In this document: positions 8,871 through 17,639 of the stretch, piece by piece | Layout of the letters: the number at the start of each line of letters is the position of its first letter | Numbering within the stretch: the stretch's first letter is position 1 | Assembly: GCA_017551725.1 (NCBI GenBank) | Contig: JAFZKY010000014.1 | Location: 2,721 to 66,720 of the forward strand | Direction: 5' to 3' | Origin: Bacteroidales bacterium | GTDB taxonomy: Bacteria; Bacteroidota; Bacteroidia; Bacteroidales; WCHB1-69 | DNA: 64,000 bases | Position numbers and translations under genes: made by a program | Notes under the pieces: generated by a model | What the model saw: only the letters and a program-made list of their open reading frames with translations | Told to the model about the DNA's origin: nothing | Database searches by the model: none

Positions 8871-11108
8871 ATGAAAGAATTTTGGACAAAGAACAAAAAC
8901 AACATCTGGTTTTGGGCTTTCATCATCATAGCAGCGGCTCTGTTTTTCATCATGCCACTCCTGAGTCTGGATGCCGGGAACAGTGGAGATGAGGATGGCT
9001 TTCAATGGCCCTACGCAAAACAGATTTATGACTATTATGCTACAGGAGGCAAAGACACTACTTGCCTGAAGAATGATGATATGGGTATGCACGGCGGCTT
9101 CTTTGACCAACTGACGTATGCCACTGCTAAATGGTTCCATGTGGAAAACTACAGTCAACTGCGCCATGTGATGAATTCGGGCTTCGGTTGGATATGTATT
9201 CTCTTCGCCGGCCTTATTGCCCTTAAAGTTGCCGGATGGCGCGCAGCAGTCTTTACCCTGCTACTGATGTTCTTCTCCCCCAGGCTATTGGGGCACTCTT
9301 TCAACAATCCGAAAGATTTGATATTCGCCTCTATGTTAACCGCTAGCCTTTACTACGTGGTCTGCCTCATCAAGGAATATCCTAAACCTCGCATTTCCAC
9401 CTCTATTAAGTTGGCTGTTTTTGCAGCATTAGCTATTGTATCTCGTTTCGCCGGTTATTTGATATTTGCTTATTTGGTCCTTTTCCTTATCATTTACCAT
9501 ATTATGATGAAGAAGAAAACGGATCCCGCTAAAGAACGATTCAAAACAGTGGGACGATATGTGATTTTCGTAGCGGCTATTGGTCTTGTCACCTTTGGAC
9601 TTACCATCGCACTATGGCCCTATATCATGTCCTCGCCCATTCAAACCACTATGAAAATCTTCCACGGAATGTCACAATACGACATTGCCATCCGCCAGCT
9701 CTTTGAAGGCACCCTGCAGTGGTCAGACCGGCTGCCGTGGTACTACACACCCAAATATATCCTCATTTCCATCCCCATTGCCGTCATCATCGGCATGATT
9801 CTCTTCTTCATCTTCTGCTGGCGCAAGAAAGAGGAGCGTTTCTGGGCATTCTTCATCTTCTTCACCTTCTTCTTCCCCGTTTTCTGGATTGTCTATACCC
9901 ACGCCAATGTGTATGGTGGCTGGCGTCACGCCATGTTCGCCTACCCGCCCATGGTGGTGGCCGCCGGATGGGGATTCGATGCGTTGGTGAAATGGGTGGA
10001 ATCCAAATTTGGAATTAACAAAGAACAATTAACAATTAATAATGAGGGAGAAACGGCACAACCCACCTCTACGAAAGGCATCATCGTCAATGTGGCCAGC
10101 GTGGTGGTTATTTTGGCCCTGCTGATTGGCCCCATCCGCCACATCGTGGCCAACCATCCGTACGAATATGTCTATTTCAACGAGTTGGCCGGCGGCATGA
10201 ACAAGGCTTTTGGCAACTACGAGATGGACTACTACTACCACTCCACCCGCGAGGCCACCGAATGGGTTATCGCCAACGCCGAACCCAAAGCCGACGGCTC
10301 GAAAGTGCGTGTGGGCACCTGGCACCAAGCTTCGGTATCCTACTTCCTGCGCAACGACACCGCCCGTTTCCAGTCCACCTTCATCCGCTGGTACGAAAAG
10401 GAGAACAGCGACTGGGACTACGCCGTGTTCACCATCACCGGCATCAACCCCGAATATCTCCGCAGCTCGCACTTCCCGCCCAAAAACACCGTCAAGACCA
10501 TTGAGGTGGACGGCAAGCCCATCTGTATCGTCCTAAAACGGGAGGACAAGTCCGACTGCCAAGCCTTCAAATACAAGAACGAGGGACGGCTCGACTCCGC
10601 CTTCATCCTCTACCAGCAAGCCCTGCAAAAGGATCCCGAAAACCTCGGTGCACTGCTCAACCTTGGCGAGCTATACGTGCGCACCAACCGTCCCGACAGC
10701 GCGCTGCACTTCCTCAACCGCTACACGGAAATCGACCCGTACGCGGAAGTGGCCAACTACATGACGGCATACGCCTACATCTACAAGGGCGACAACGACA
10801 AAGCGCTTGACATCGTTCGCAAAATCCAGAAACACAACATCAAATACACAGGTGCCTACTATCTGGCCATCCAAATATACATGCAGAAACGCGACTTCGT
10901 GGCCGCCAACAAGGAGTTTATGAAACTGATTGACATTGACCGCGTGGACGACCAGTTTGTGCAAGTATGGCTGCAGTTCAACCAGATGCAGAACATCGAT
11001 GCGCAACATGCCTACATCAAACTCTACAAGGCCATGGCCAAGAGCTTTGAAAAACGGGGCAAGAAAAAAGAGGCCGAACAATACCGCAAACTGGCCACCG
11101 GCAGATAA
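8871..11108 (+). CDS. GT-C fold glycosyltransferase (ArnT/PMT-like) fused to C-terminal TPR repeats
   Basis: 745 aa. The first loop carries acidic SGDEDG, and there are more than 10 TM segments. The last ~200 aa are TPR-like (ALQKDPENLGALLNLGELY...). Confidence 0.7.
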   Translation: MKEFWTKNKNNIWFWAFIIIAAALFFIMPLLSLDAGNSGDEDGFQWPYAKQIYDYYATGGKDTTCLKNDDMGMHGGFFDQLTYATAKWFHVENYSQLRHVMNSGFGWICILFAGLIALKVAGWRAAVFTLLLMFFSPRLLGHSFNNPKDLIFASMLTASLYYVVCLIKEYPKPRISTSIKLAVFAALAIVSRFAGYLIFAYLVLFLIIYHIMMKKKTDPAKERFKTVGRYVIFVAAIGLVTFGLTIALWPYIMSSPIQTTMKIFHGMSQYDIAIRQLFEGTLQWSDRLPWYYTPKYILISIPIAVIIGMILFFIFCWRKKEERFWAFFIFFTFFFPVFWIVYTHANVYGGWRHAMFAYPPMVVAAGWGFDALVKWVESKFGINKEQLTINNEGETAQPTSTKGIIVNVASVVVILALLIGPIRHIVANHPYEYVYFNELAGGMNKAFGNYEMDYYYHSTREATEWVIANAEPKADGSKVRVGTWHQASVSYFLRNDTARFQSTFIRWYEKENSDWDYAVFTITGINPEYLRSSHFPPKNTVKTIEVDGKPICIVLKREDKSDCQAFKYKNEGRLDSAFILYQQALQKDPENLGALLNLGELYVRTNRPDSALHFLNRYTEIDPYAEVANYMTAYAYIYKGDNDKALDIVRKIQKHNIKYTGAYYLAIQIYMQKRDFVAANKEFMKLIDIDRVDDQFVQVWLQFNQMQNIDAQHAYIKLYKAMAKSFEKRGKKKEAEQYRKLATGR

Positions 11109-11119
11109 TCGCCTCCGGC

Positions 11120-11881
11120 CTACTTGCGGAACAATCCATACACAGCGGTGCCACTTCCCGACATAGAGGCGTAGGTGGCACCGTTTTCGTAGAACGAGCG
11201 CTTGATTTCCGCCAACTCCGGATGCTGTTCGAAGATGCTATCCTCGAAATCATTATGCAGAAGATCGCGCCACTGCGCCACCGGCGTGCGGATGATGTCG
11301 CACACATGTACGTCGGGCAGCTTGGGCGTCACGCCCGCGTACGCCTCGCGGGTAGAGACAGAAAAATCGGGTTTTACGATGCGTATTTCGTAGTCTGACA
11401 GATCCAGCGGGATCGGGTGCATAATCTCCCCGCGCCCCGTGGCATAGACCGGCGTATTTGGGATGAAAAAGGGCACATCGCTGCCCAGCTGCGCCGCATA
11501 CTTCTCCAACGCCACATTGTCGAGCGGAAGATTGAAATGCTGCGCCAACATTTTCAGGGTGAAGGCCGCATCGGCGGAGCCGCCGCCGAGACCTGCCCCT
11601 GTGGGGATATGCTTCTCCAAACGCAGTCGCACCCCATGGATGCCGAAATCGCGCTGCAGCAGTCGGAAAGCCTTTACGCAAAGGTTGTCGTCATCAGGGC
11701 CCACATCCTGCGCACTCTCGCACACAAACTCAAAATCCTTGGACGACTCCTCCAGCGTGAGCTTGTCCGTGTAATAATCCGTAGGGTAAAACACCGTCTC
11801 TAAGTCGTGGTACCCGTCCGAGCGCTTGCGGACAATATTCAGACCGAGGTTGATTTTGCAATTAACGGTAGATGCAATCAT
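11120..11881 (-). CDS. ispE: 4-diphosphocytidyl-2-C-methyl-D-erythritol kinase
   Basis: GHMP kinase motif PTGAGLGGGSADAA is present, and NCKINLGLNIV at the N-terminus is typical of IspE. The ATG at 11881 is chosen because the longer ORF runs into a palindromic repeat. Confidence 0.85.
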   Translation of the reverse strand: MIASTVNCKINLGLNIVRKRSDGYHDLETVFYPTDYYTDKLTLEESSKDFEFVCESAQDVGPDDDNLCVKAFRLLQRDFGIHGVRLRLEKHIPTGAGLGGGSADAAFTLKMLAQHFNLPLDNVALEKYAAQLGSDVPFFIPNTPVYATGRGEIMHPIPLDLSDYEIRIVKPDFSVSTREAYAGVTPKLPDVHVCDIIRTPVAQWRDLLHNDFEDSIFEQHPELAEIKRSFYENGATYASMSGSGTAVYGLFRK

Positions 11882-11900
11882 TATACGATTTAATTGGTTT

Positions 11901-11928
11901 GTAGAGACGCAATACATTGCGTCTCTAC
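11901..11928. repeat. Near-perfect 28-bp palindrome (one central mismatch) GTAGAGACGCAATACATTGCGTCTCTAC (REP-like, likely terminator), copy 1
   Basis: Read directly. It lies between the yitT stop and the ispE start. A second copy is at 40974-41001. Confidence 0.8.
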
Positions 11929-11940
11929 CATATTTTAATA

Positions 11941-12807
11941 TTACAGTTTCAGCGTATCGAAATTCTTCCCGAACACGCTGGAGGTTTTGGTGATGGTGAC
12001 GAATGCAGTGTCGTCAATCTCCTTGATGATGCGCGTGACGCGCACCTTGTCGCTACGGTGGGCGATAATGAGCAGCACGTCGCTCTCCTGCCGGTTGTAG
12101 GCCCCGTAGCCTTTGAGGAAGGTGGCCCCGCGATGCAGTTCCTGATTGATGCGGCGCGAAATCTCGTCATTTTTTTTGGAGAAAACCATAAACTGGTAGG
12201 TCTGATGGAAGCCGTCGATCACCGTGTCGGCCACCAACATGCCCACAAAGAGCACCACGAAGCTATAGACCAGTTTCTGCACATCGTGAAGAATGAAAAA
12301 CGAAGATCCCACGATAATGAGATTGCACATCATATTGACTTTGCCGTAGGAAATGTTCCGATATTTACCGACCATCAGGGCGATGATGTCGAGGCCGCCG
12401 GTATTGCCACCCCAGTTGATGGAGATGCCGGCGCCGAGCGCGCCCAGCGAGGCGCCGATAATGACGCTCATGAACATATCATCCACAATGGGCTGCGTGA
12501 AGACACGTTGGCCGATGTAGAAAAACACGGAGATGATGATGGTGCAAATCAACGAGTTGATGCAGAATTTCGGGCCAAGCACTTTCCAGGCGATGGCGAT
12601 GAGGATGGCATTGAGGGCAAATGTCGTGAAGCCGATCGGGATTCCCGTGGCGAAGAAGAGGATGGAGGCGATACCTGCCACGCCACCGCCCGTCACCTCA
12701 AAGGGAGTCATAAATGCGGACCATCCGAACACAAAAATTGCCAAACCGAGGGTAATGAAGAAGTAGTTTTTTACTTCTTTCATCACATCTTTGAATGTCA
12801 TCGTCAT
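11941..12807 (-). CDS. YitT-family membrane protein (DUF2179 C-terminal domain)
   Basis: 288 aa with multiple TM segments and a soluble C-terminal domain typical of YitT/YqfU proteins. Confidence 0.8.
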   Translation of the reverse strand: MTMTFKDVMKEVKNYFFITLGLAIFVFGWSAFMTPFEVTGGGVAGIASILFFATGIPIGFTTFALNAILIAIAWKVLGPKFCINSLICTIIISVFFYIGQRVFTQPIVDDMFMSVIIGASLGALGAGISINWGGNTGGLDIIALMVGKYRNISYGKVNMMCNLIIVGSSFFILHDVQKLVYSFVVLFVGMLVADTVIDGFHQTYQFMVFSKKNDEISRRINQELHRGATFLKGYGAYNRQESDVLLIIAHRSDKVRVTRIIKEIDDTAFVTITKTSSVFGKNFDTLKL

Positions 12808-12920
12808 TACATTGGATTTTTAAATTATTGTATATCAAAATCATATCACAAATCGCCTGCTCAAATCAGCGGCAAAGGTAAAAATTTTTTTCGGGGTGGT
12901 GCACATATTGAAAAAAAATG

Positions 12921-12928
12921 TATTTTTG
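12921..12928 (+). promoter_or_regulatory. Bacteroidetes -7 promoter box TATTTTTG upstream of tRNA-Asn
   Basis: Matches the TAnnTTTG consensus 30 nt upstream of the tRNA. Confidence 0.4.
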
Positions 12929-12957
12929 CCGCCGTTAACGAAAGCCGTTAGCGACCC

Positions 12958-13031
12958 GCTTCCTTAGCTCAGTTGGTTAGAGCATCTGACTGTTAATCAG
13001 AGGGTCCTAGGTTCAAGTCCTAGAGGGAGCG
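12958..13031 (+). tRNA. tRNA-Asn (anticodon GTT)
   Basis: The cloverleaf was folded by hand. Acceptor GCTTCCT pairs with AGGGAGC, the anticodon loop is CTGTTAA, and the T arm is CTAGG-TTCAAGT-CCTAG. Confidence 0.93.
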
Positions 13032-13042
13032 CAAAGAAAATC

Positions 13043-13079
13043 AAGCACTTACGAAGAAATTTGTGAGTGCTTTTTTTTG
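13043..13079 (+). terminator. Hairpin plus T-run after tRNA-Asn
   Basis: AAGCACTTAC...GTGAGTGCTT followed by TTTTTTTT. Confidence 0.6.
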
Positions 13080-13081
13080 TG

Positions 13082-13107
13082 GGTACTAACAAAGGTACTA
13101 ACATTTT
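13082..13107 (+). repeat. Tandem GGTACTAAC-AAA-GGTACTAAC-ATTTT, candidate integrase arm-type site (left arm)
   Basis: An identical 26-mer recurs at 37158-37183 in the same orientation, just inside the other island end. Confidence 0.5.
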
Positions 13108-13478
13108 TTCCCTCTCAAGTGCTGGTTTATCCACTCGATCACGTCAGGATCATAGTACATTTGGCGGCATTTGTATCCGCCCTTGGAAGGAAAACCGTTT
13201 TCAATCCGCCATTTGCGTGACACCACATTGCTTCTCCGAAGTTCAGGGTGTCGCCTGCACAGTTCGTCCACATCGCACCAACAGGATTCTTTCTCCTGTC
13301 CGTCATTGTCATCTTGGCGTACACCTAACAAATCCTTGAATCCTACATTCACCATTTTGTCAATCAAGTATGAAACCCCCTGTAGGCAATAAAAGGTTGC
13401 CTCGGCATGGGTCATATTCTTTTCAGGGGCTGGTACAATTGTTTGGAATTCGCTATACCATTTTTCTAATTCATTCAT
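13098..13478 (-). CDS. Small DNA-binding protein, excisionase/AlpA-like (tentative)
   Basis: 126-aa ORF at the island edge. The C-terminal segment (VVSRKWRIENGFPSKGG...YYDPDVIEWI) resembles HTH excisionase-family proteins. The assignment rests on position and loose resemblance only. Confidence 0.4.
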   Translation of the reverse strand: MNELEKWYSEFQTIVPAPEKNMTHAEATFYCLQGVSYLIDKMVNVGFKDLLGVRQDDNDGQEKESCWCDVDELCRRHPELRRSNVVSRKWRIENGFPSKGGYKCRQMYYDPDVIEWINQHLRGKKC

Positions 13479-13749
13479 AACACTTCTTTTAGATTATACT
13501 CACTTATACATGGAAGTAATGCAAGTTCTGCCATGCTATACAATAATTACATAATAAAAATGCAGAAAAATGTTTTGGAAAAACTTCTTTTCATTCCTGT
13601 GCCACTTGTATAGAGAAATTCTCAAAATCTACAGCTGTAGTATTTCTGCGATATCATCACCATTCGCAATATAAAAAACCCGTACATTTTTTTCAAGTTT
13701 TTATTATATGGTTTTAGATACGATTTTATAAATTAAACAATATGCAACA

Positions 13750-14184
13750 ATGGAAAGACTACTAACAGAACAGACCAAAAGGGTCGAAAAAAATGAACAA
13801 ATCACAGAAGAGAACATCATCTGTTCCTTGAAAAAGAATGCGAGGATCTTTAAAGAAGAATTAGACTTCATCCTCAGAGAAAACAAACAATCGATGATTC
13901 AGATTCGCGCAATTTCCGACCTGAACATGCCGAACATGATTTCTCGACTAAAAAAATTTGTCGAGGGACTAGCGCAGAATCAACTGCATAACTTCAAAGA
14001 ATCATCCGAGATAAATGATAGTTTCAGTAAACAGTATGAACGTTTGAATAATTTAGAGGATGGTCTGAAGCTGCACTGCATTGAGTGTGAGAATTTCGGA
14101 ACAATCCGAAAAACATTTGAGAAAATCGACGTAGCTACTCGAAGAATCATGTTGCTGAACAGCGATGTCCCCCCATTATTCTAG
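13750..14184 (+). CDS. Hypothetical coiled-coil protein
   Basis: 144-aa ORF with charged, heptad-like composition, directly upstream of a Dam methylase. Confidence 0.5.
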   Translation: MERLLTEQTKRVEKNEQITEENIICSLKKNARIFKEELDFILRENKQSMIQIRAISDLNMPNMISRLKKFVEGLAQNQLHNFKESSEINDSFSKQYERLNNLEDGLKLHCIECENFGTIRKTFEKIDVATRRIMLLNSDVPPLF

Positions 14185-14218
14185 TGCTGAATTTACTAAT
14201 AATCTAAACATCAAACAC

Positions 14219-15031
14219 ATGACATTTATTAAAAGCAATTTACGTTGGCCAGGTGGCAAATCCAAAATGATGCCTTTTTTAGAACCTTTCATTCCTGGGC
14301 GAATAGACAGATACCTTGAAGTCTTTACAGGAGGAGGCAGTGTCCTTCTATATATGAAACAAACACGAAACATACGAACTGTTTATGCGAACGACATCGA
14401 CGCAAATCTCATTAATTACTATAACGCCGTCAAGTACGATCCCGTTGGTCTTATCCGCGAAATCATGACCATAAAAAAAACTTATACAGCTGAAACGTTC
14501 ACTGATGTTTACAAAACAATTGACGTTGCGACACCGAGCGGTTTCTTTGTTTCTAACAAGACGTCATTCTCAGGCCTCGGCAACAGCTACTCAAACAGCA
14601 CATTTGATTCCAATTTTTCTTACAATGCGATCAAAAGCATTTACTTGATCTCCAAAGTGATCAAGAATGTTAAATTTCTTAATCTCAACTTTGTTGATTT
14701 GGATTCTAGAATAGATGATTTTCAAGACTTTTTTGTTTACCTAGATCCTCCGTATTTCAGCAATAGGGACGTGGGGCTATATGGTGAACATGGGAATCTT
14801 CACAAAGGTTTCGATCACGATACTCTTTGCAGCTGGGTAAAAGCACACGCTGACAAAAACAAAATAATGCTCAGTTACGATGACAGCGAATACATACGTT
14901 CACTCTATGAAGGATTCAACATCTACAGCTTTGACTTCACGTACACCATGACCAATGTTGGTAATAAAAAATGTAAGGTCGGTAAGGAACTAGTTATAAC
15001 TAATTATTCCAAACCGTACCAGCTATTCTGA
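14219..15031 (+). CDS. Dam-family (D12 class) N6-adenine DNA methyltransferase, copy 1
   Basis: Motifs RWPGGKSK, FTGGGS (SAM binding) and catalytic DPPY are present. The ATG at 14219 is preferred over 14165. Confidence 0.85.
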   Translation: MTFIKSNLRWPGGKSKMMPFLEPFIPGRIDRYLEVFTGGGSVLLYMKQTRNIRTVYANDIDANLINYYNAVKYDPVGLIREIMTIKKTYTAETFTDVYKTIDVATPSGFFVSNKTSFSGLGNSYSNSTFDSNFSYNAIKSIYLISKVIKNVKFLNLNFVDLDSRIDDFQDFFVYLDPPYFSNRDVGLYGEHGNLHKGFDHDTLCSWVKAHADKNKIMLSYDDSEYIRSLYEGFNIYSFDFTYTMTNVGNKKCKVGKELVITNYSKPYQLF

Positions 15032-15120
15032 CAAGTGCCCTGAACAGGAAAAGATTGTTGGGATAGCAGCTTAAACCACACAGCTGTTTATCGGAGGCAC
15101 TGGGAAGATTCGCAAAAAAA

Positions 15121-15151
15121 CACTCACAAAGAATATTGTGAGTGTTTTTTT
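15121..15151. terminator. Bidirectional hairpin terminator between convergent genes
   Basis: CACTCACA...TGTGAGTG flanked by an A-run and a T-run. Confidence 0.6.
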
Positions 15152-15166
15152 AACAACCATGCTTAA

Positions 15167-16219
15167 TTATGTCATAATGAGATCCAAATCCGTGTTGTCA
15201 TCTTTCCAATCAGGCAACCCAGACACGTCTACTCTCCAATAATTTTGATATATGTGAGGGAATTCCGAAGAGGTCATGGTATAATCATCATTAAAGTTGC
15301 ATATAGCTGAAAAGTCATAAGAAGTTGCATCCTTCAGCTTGTGTTCTTCGATCAAACGAAAATATGGGTACAGTTTACTTTTGTGGTATCTTTTCCCATA
15401 CATTACCCTGTATTGCATTTCTATTGGTTTCATGTCCCAATTGTTTACAATTAGAGTGTTCGTCTTGTCATAATCTGAGGATTTTTTTACATGTAGCATA
15501 TCGCAGGTGTCTTGCCTTATAGCTATGGAAAGCAAATCAACGATGGGATTTGCCTCTGATCTCATAACCGACATCAATGACGTATCTTCGAGCCTCAACG
15601 TCTCACGAATAGCATGACAAGTTGTTAGCGACAACTCAAAGCGTGTCTTACCTTTCATCTTCTCTAGCACCCCATCTCCTGCCCATGTAAGGAAATCCCT
15701 ATTCGTTGCCTTGTTCAGTTCTGCCCATTTGTCGTATATAATTAAGCGTCTTTTATGCCGAGGGGTTCGAACCAACTTCCTTAATTCTATATTGTCATGT
15801 TGATAAGTATCAACAGCCCATTTGCTATTGTTGCTTACATGCGTTAACAGGTATTTTTTCAAATCGCATAACTCAACACCCACAACGTCTTTGGTCACAT
15901 CACACTTGACAACACAAGCATCTTGAAGTATAGCAGGTACATTTAGTGTACATACACCTAGTGCGTTAATTGCTTCGAAACAAATCCCTATGTTTTTTTC
16001 ATTAATCAATTCATCGTAATGGTCTTTCAATATTTTCCCAGTAAACTCTATCGAAACCTCATTTTTTTCAGGATAAATGCTGATCGTGATGGAACAAGGG
16101 ACTGTTTTTTTGAATATACGCGCAACTGGCACACCGTTTCTCATTGTAACATCGAAGTCTCGTAGGACAGTAATATTACTCGCAGAGGTTACAATTTTTA
16201 TCTTGTCAAATGTCAACAT
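15167..16219 (-). CDS. Hypothetical protein, possibly replication-initiator-like (Rep_trans / phage gene II-X-like)
   Basis: 350-aa ORF. Only a weak cue supports the function: RLIIYDKWAEL resembles the xYDKxxE motif of rolling-circle initiators. The function is not established. Confidence 0.5.
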   Translation of the reverse strand: MLTFDKIKIVTSASNITVLRDFDVTMRNGVPVARIFKKTVPCSITISIYPEKNEVSIEFTGKILKDHYDELINEKNIGICFEAINALGVCTLNVPAILQDACVVKCDVTKDVVGVELCDLKKYLLTHVSNNSKWAVDTYQHDNIELRKLVRTPRHKRRLIIYDKWAELNKATNRDFLTWAGDGVLEKMKGKTRFELSLTTCHAIRETLRLEDTSLMSVMRSEANPIVDLLSIAIRQDTCDMLHVKKSSDYDKTNTLIVNNWDMKPIEMQYRVMYGKRYHKSKLYPYFRLIEEHKLKDATSYDFSAICNFNDDYTMTSSEFPHIYQNYWRVDVSGLPDWKDDNTDLDLIMT

Positions 16220-16476
16220 AGCTATGAGTTTGCGTTAATAAATGATATGTTTTGTCACCTTGATAAGTGGTGTCATTATCATATAATAAAAAATTCAAAC
16301 TTTTGTTGAGAAAAAACAGCTGCAACATGTGGACGCAGTACTACTTTCATTTTGTACTACTTTAACTCTAACGTTCTTTTATTTTATACCATATATTTGT
16401 TATATATATAACTCTTTGAATTATTGTATTACATATTGGATTTTTTTGTATCTTTGTGGCTCCAAAAATCAATGAT

Positions 16477-17133
16477 ATGAAACAAGCTGTAATATATGCC
16501 CGCGTTAGCAGTGTAGGAAATCGGCAGAGCACGGAGAGGCAAGTCATGGACTTGAGGAAATACGCCGATCATGAAGAATACAATGTGTGCAAGGTGTTTG
16601 AGGAACACGTCAGCGGAGCCAAGCGGAACCATGAACGCCCGATACTCTGTGAATGCTTGGAGTATTCTATCACAAACCATATTGACATCCTTCTCATCAG
16701 CGAGCTTAGCCGTCTTGGGCGAAAAGTGGATGAAGTGCTGGAGAACGTGAAATTCTGTAAGGATCGCCACCTGAACATCTATTTCCAGAAAGAGAACCTT
16801 TCGATTTTCAATCCAGATGGAAGTGAGAATCCATTCCTAACTATCATGATAGCGGTTCTAGGCACTTGCGCTGAACTAGAACGTGAAGCTATTTACTATC
16901 GCCTCAACAGCGGTAAAGAGAAATACATCGCAGAGGGAGGCAAGGTCGGCAGAAAGGTTGGGTATCGAAAACCAATGGAGGTCAAGGAACAAGAGTATCG
17001 AGAGGTAATCCGACACTTGAGAAAAGGAACCACCATACGTGATACCGCCAAGCTGACAGGACATTGCGTGCGGACTGTTCAGAAGATAAAAAAAGAGTTT
17101 GGAATTAAAAAACAAAACTCACCAACGCCTTAA
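16477..17133 (+). CDS. Serine recombinase (resolvase/invertase family) with C-terminal HTH
   Basis: Catalytic VIYARVSS...RQ, then SELSRLGR, and a C-terminal HTH (TIRDTAKLTGHCVRTVQKI). A TAtcTTTG box lies at 16449-16456. Confidence 0.88.
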   Translation: MKQAVIYARVSSVGNRQSTERQVMDLRKYADHEEYNVCKVFEEHVSGAKRNHERPILCECLEYSITNHIDILLISELSRLGRKVDEVLENVKFCKDRHLNIYFQKENLSIFNPDGSENPFLTIMIAVLGTCAELEREAIYYRLNSGKEKYIAEGGKVGRKVGYRKPMEVKEQEYREVIRHLRKGTTIRDTAKLTGHCVRTVQKIKKEFGIKKQNSPTP

Positions 17134-17144
17134 TACAGATGTTC

Positions 17145-17519
17145 TTATTTGTTCGTCTTGAGAAACATATCCAAATCAAACCGACTTTCAATGGACTCTT
17201 CTATGCAGTCATCAAGAAACTCGAACAGATCCAATCCTGATGCGGATTCTACAACATTGACTGAGCATACAACACTATCAATAGTCACAACATTGGAATT
17301 GTTGGGGCACAAAAACGCAACCGCATGGTAACAACCTGCGTGATTTATCAGGAATGCTTTGAAATAATAATCAGGAATACTCACCTTATGAACACCTATT
17401 GTCCGTGGGGGCGAAGTGGAGAACATCAAGGCCTTTGTTCCGCTTTTTGATTTCTTGAATGTAATCCTCTGTGACAAAGATCCTGTCCATAACCCTATCG
17501 ACATTATCCTTAGTGCCAC
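17145..17519 (-). CDS. Hypothetical protein
   Basis: 124-aa ORF with no recognisable motif. It is convergent with the recombinase gene. Confidence 0.35.
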   Translation of the reverse strand: MALRIMSIGLWTGSLSQRITFKKSKSGTKALMFSTSPPRTIGVHKVSIPDYYFKAFLINHAGCYHAVAFLCPNNSNVVTIDSVVCSVNVVESASGLDLFEFLDDCIEESIESRFDLDMFLKTNK

Positions 17520-17639
17520 TTATATTTGTATGCTTCCCCAAACAGTAAACACAATTCGGGGATCATTTTTTTCTTTTTTTTATTATATTATAAATAAGGA
17601 GTGGGAACTCCGATGTTTTATTAACCATATTTTTTTTAT

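Noticed and set aside
11917-12951. 344-aa ORF on the plus strand
   Set aside because: It is antisense to the yitT-family gene and rich in His/Asp/Gly/Glu runs with no motif. It also starts inside the REP-like palindrome.
15167-16219. 350-aa ORF considered as the missing restriction endonuclease for the adjacent Dam-type methylase (DpnII/MboI-like two-methylase systems)
   Set aside because: I can see no PD-(D/E)XK or other nuclease motif and no resemblance to R.DpnII as I remember it. It is left as hypothetical with a weak Rep-like hint.
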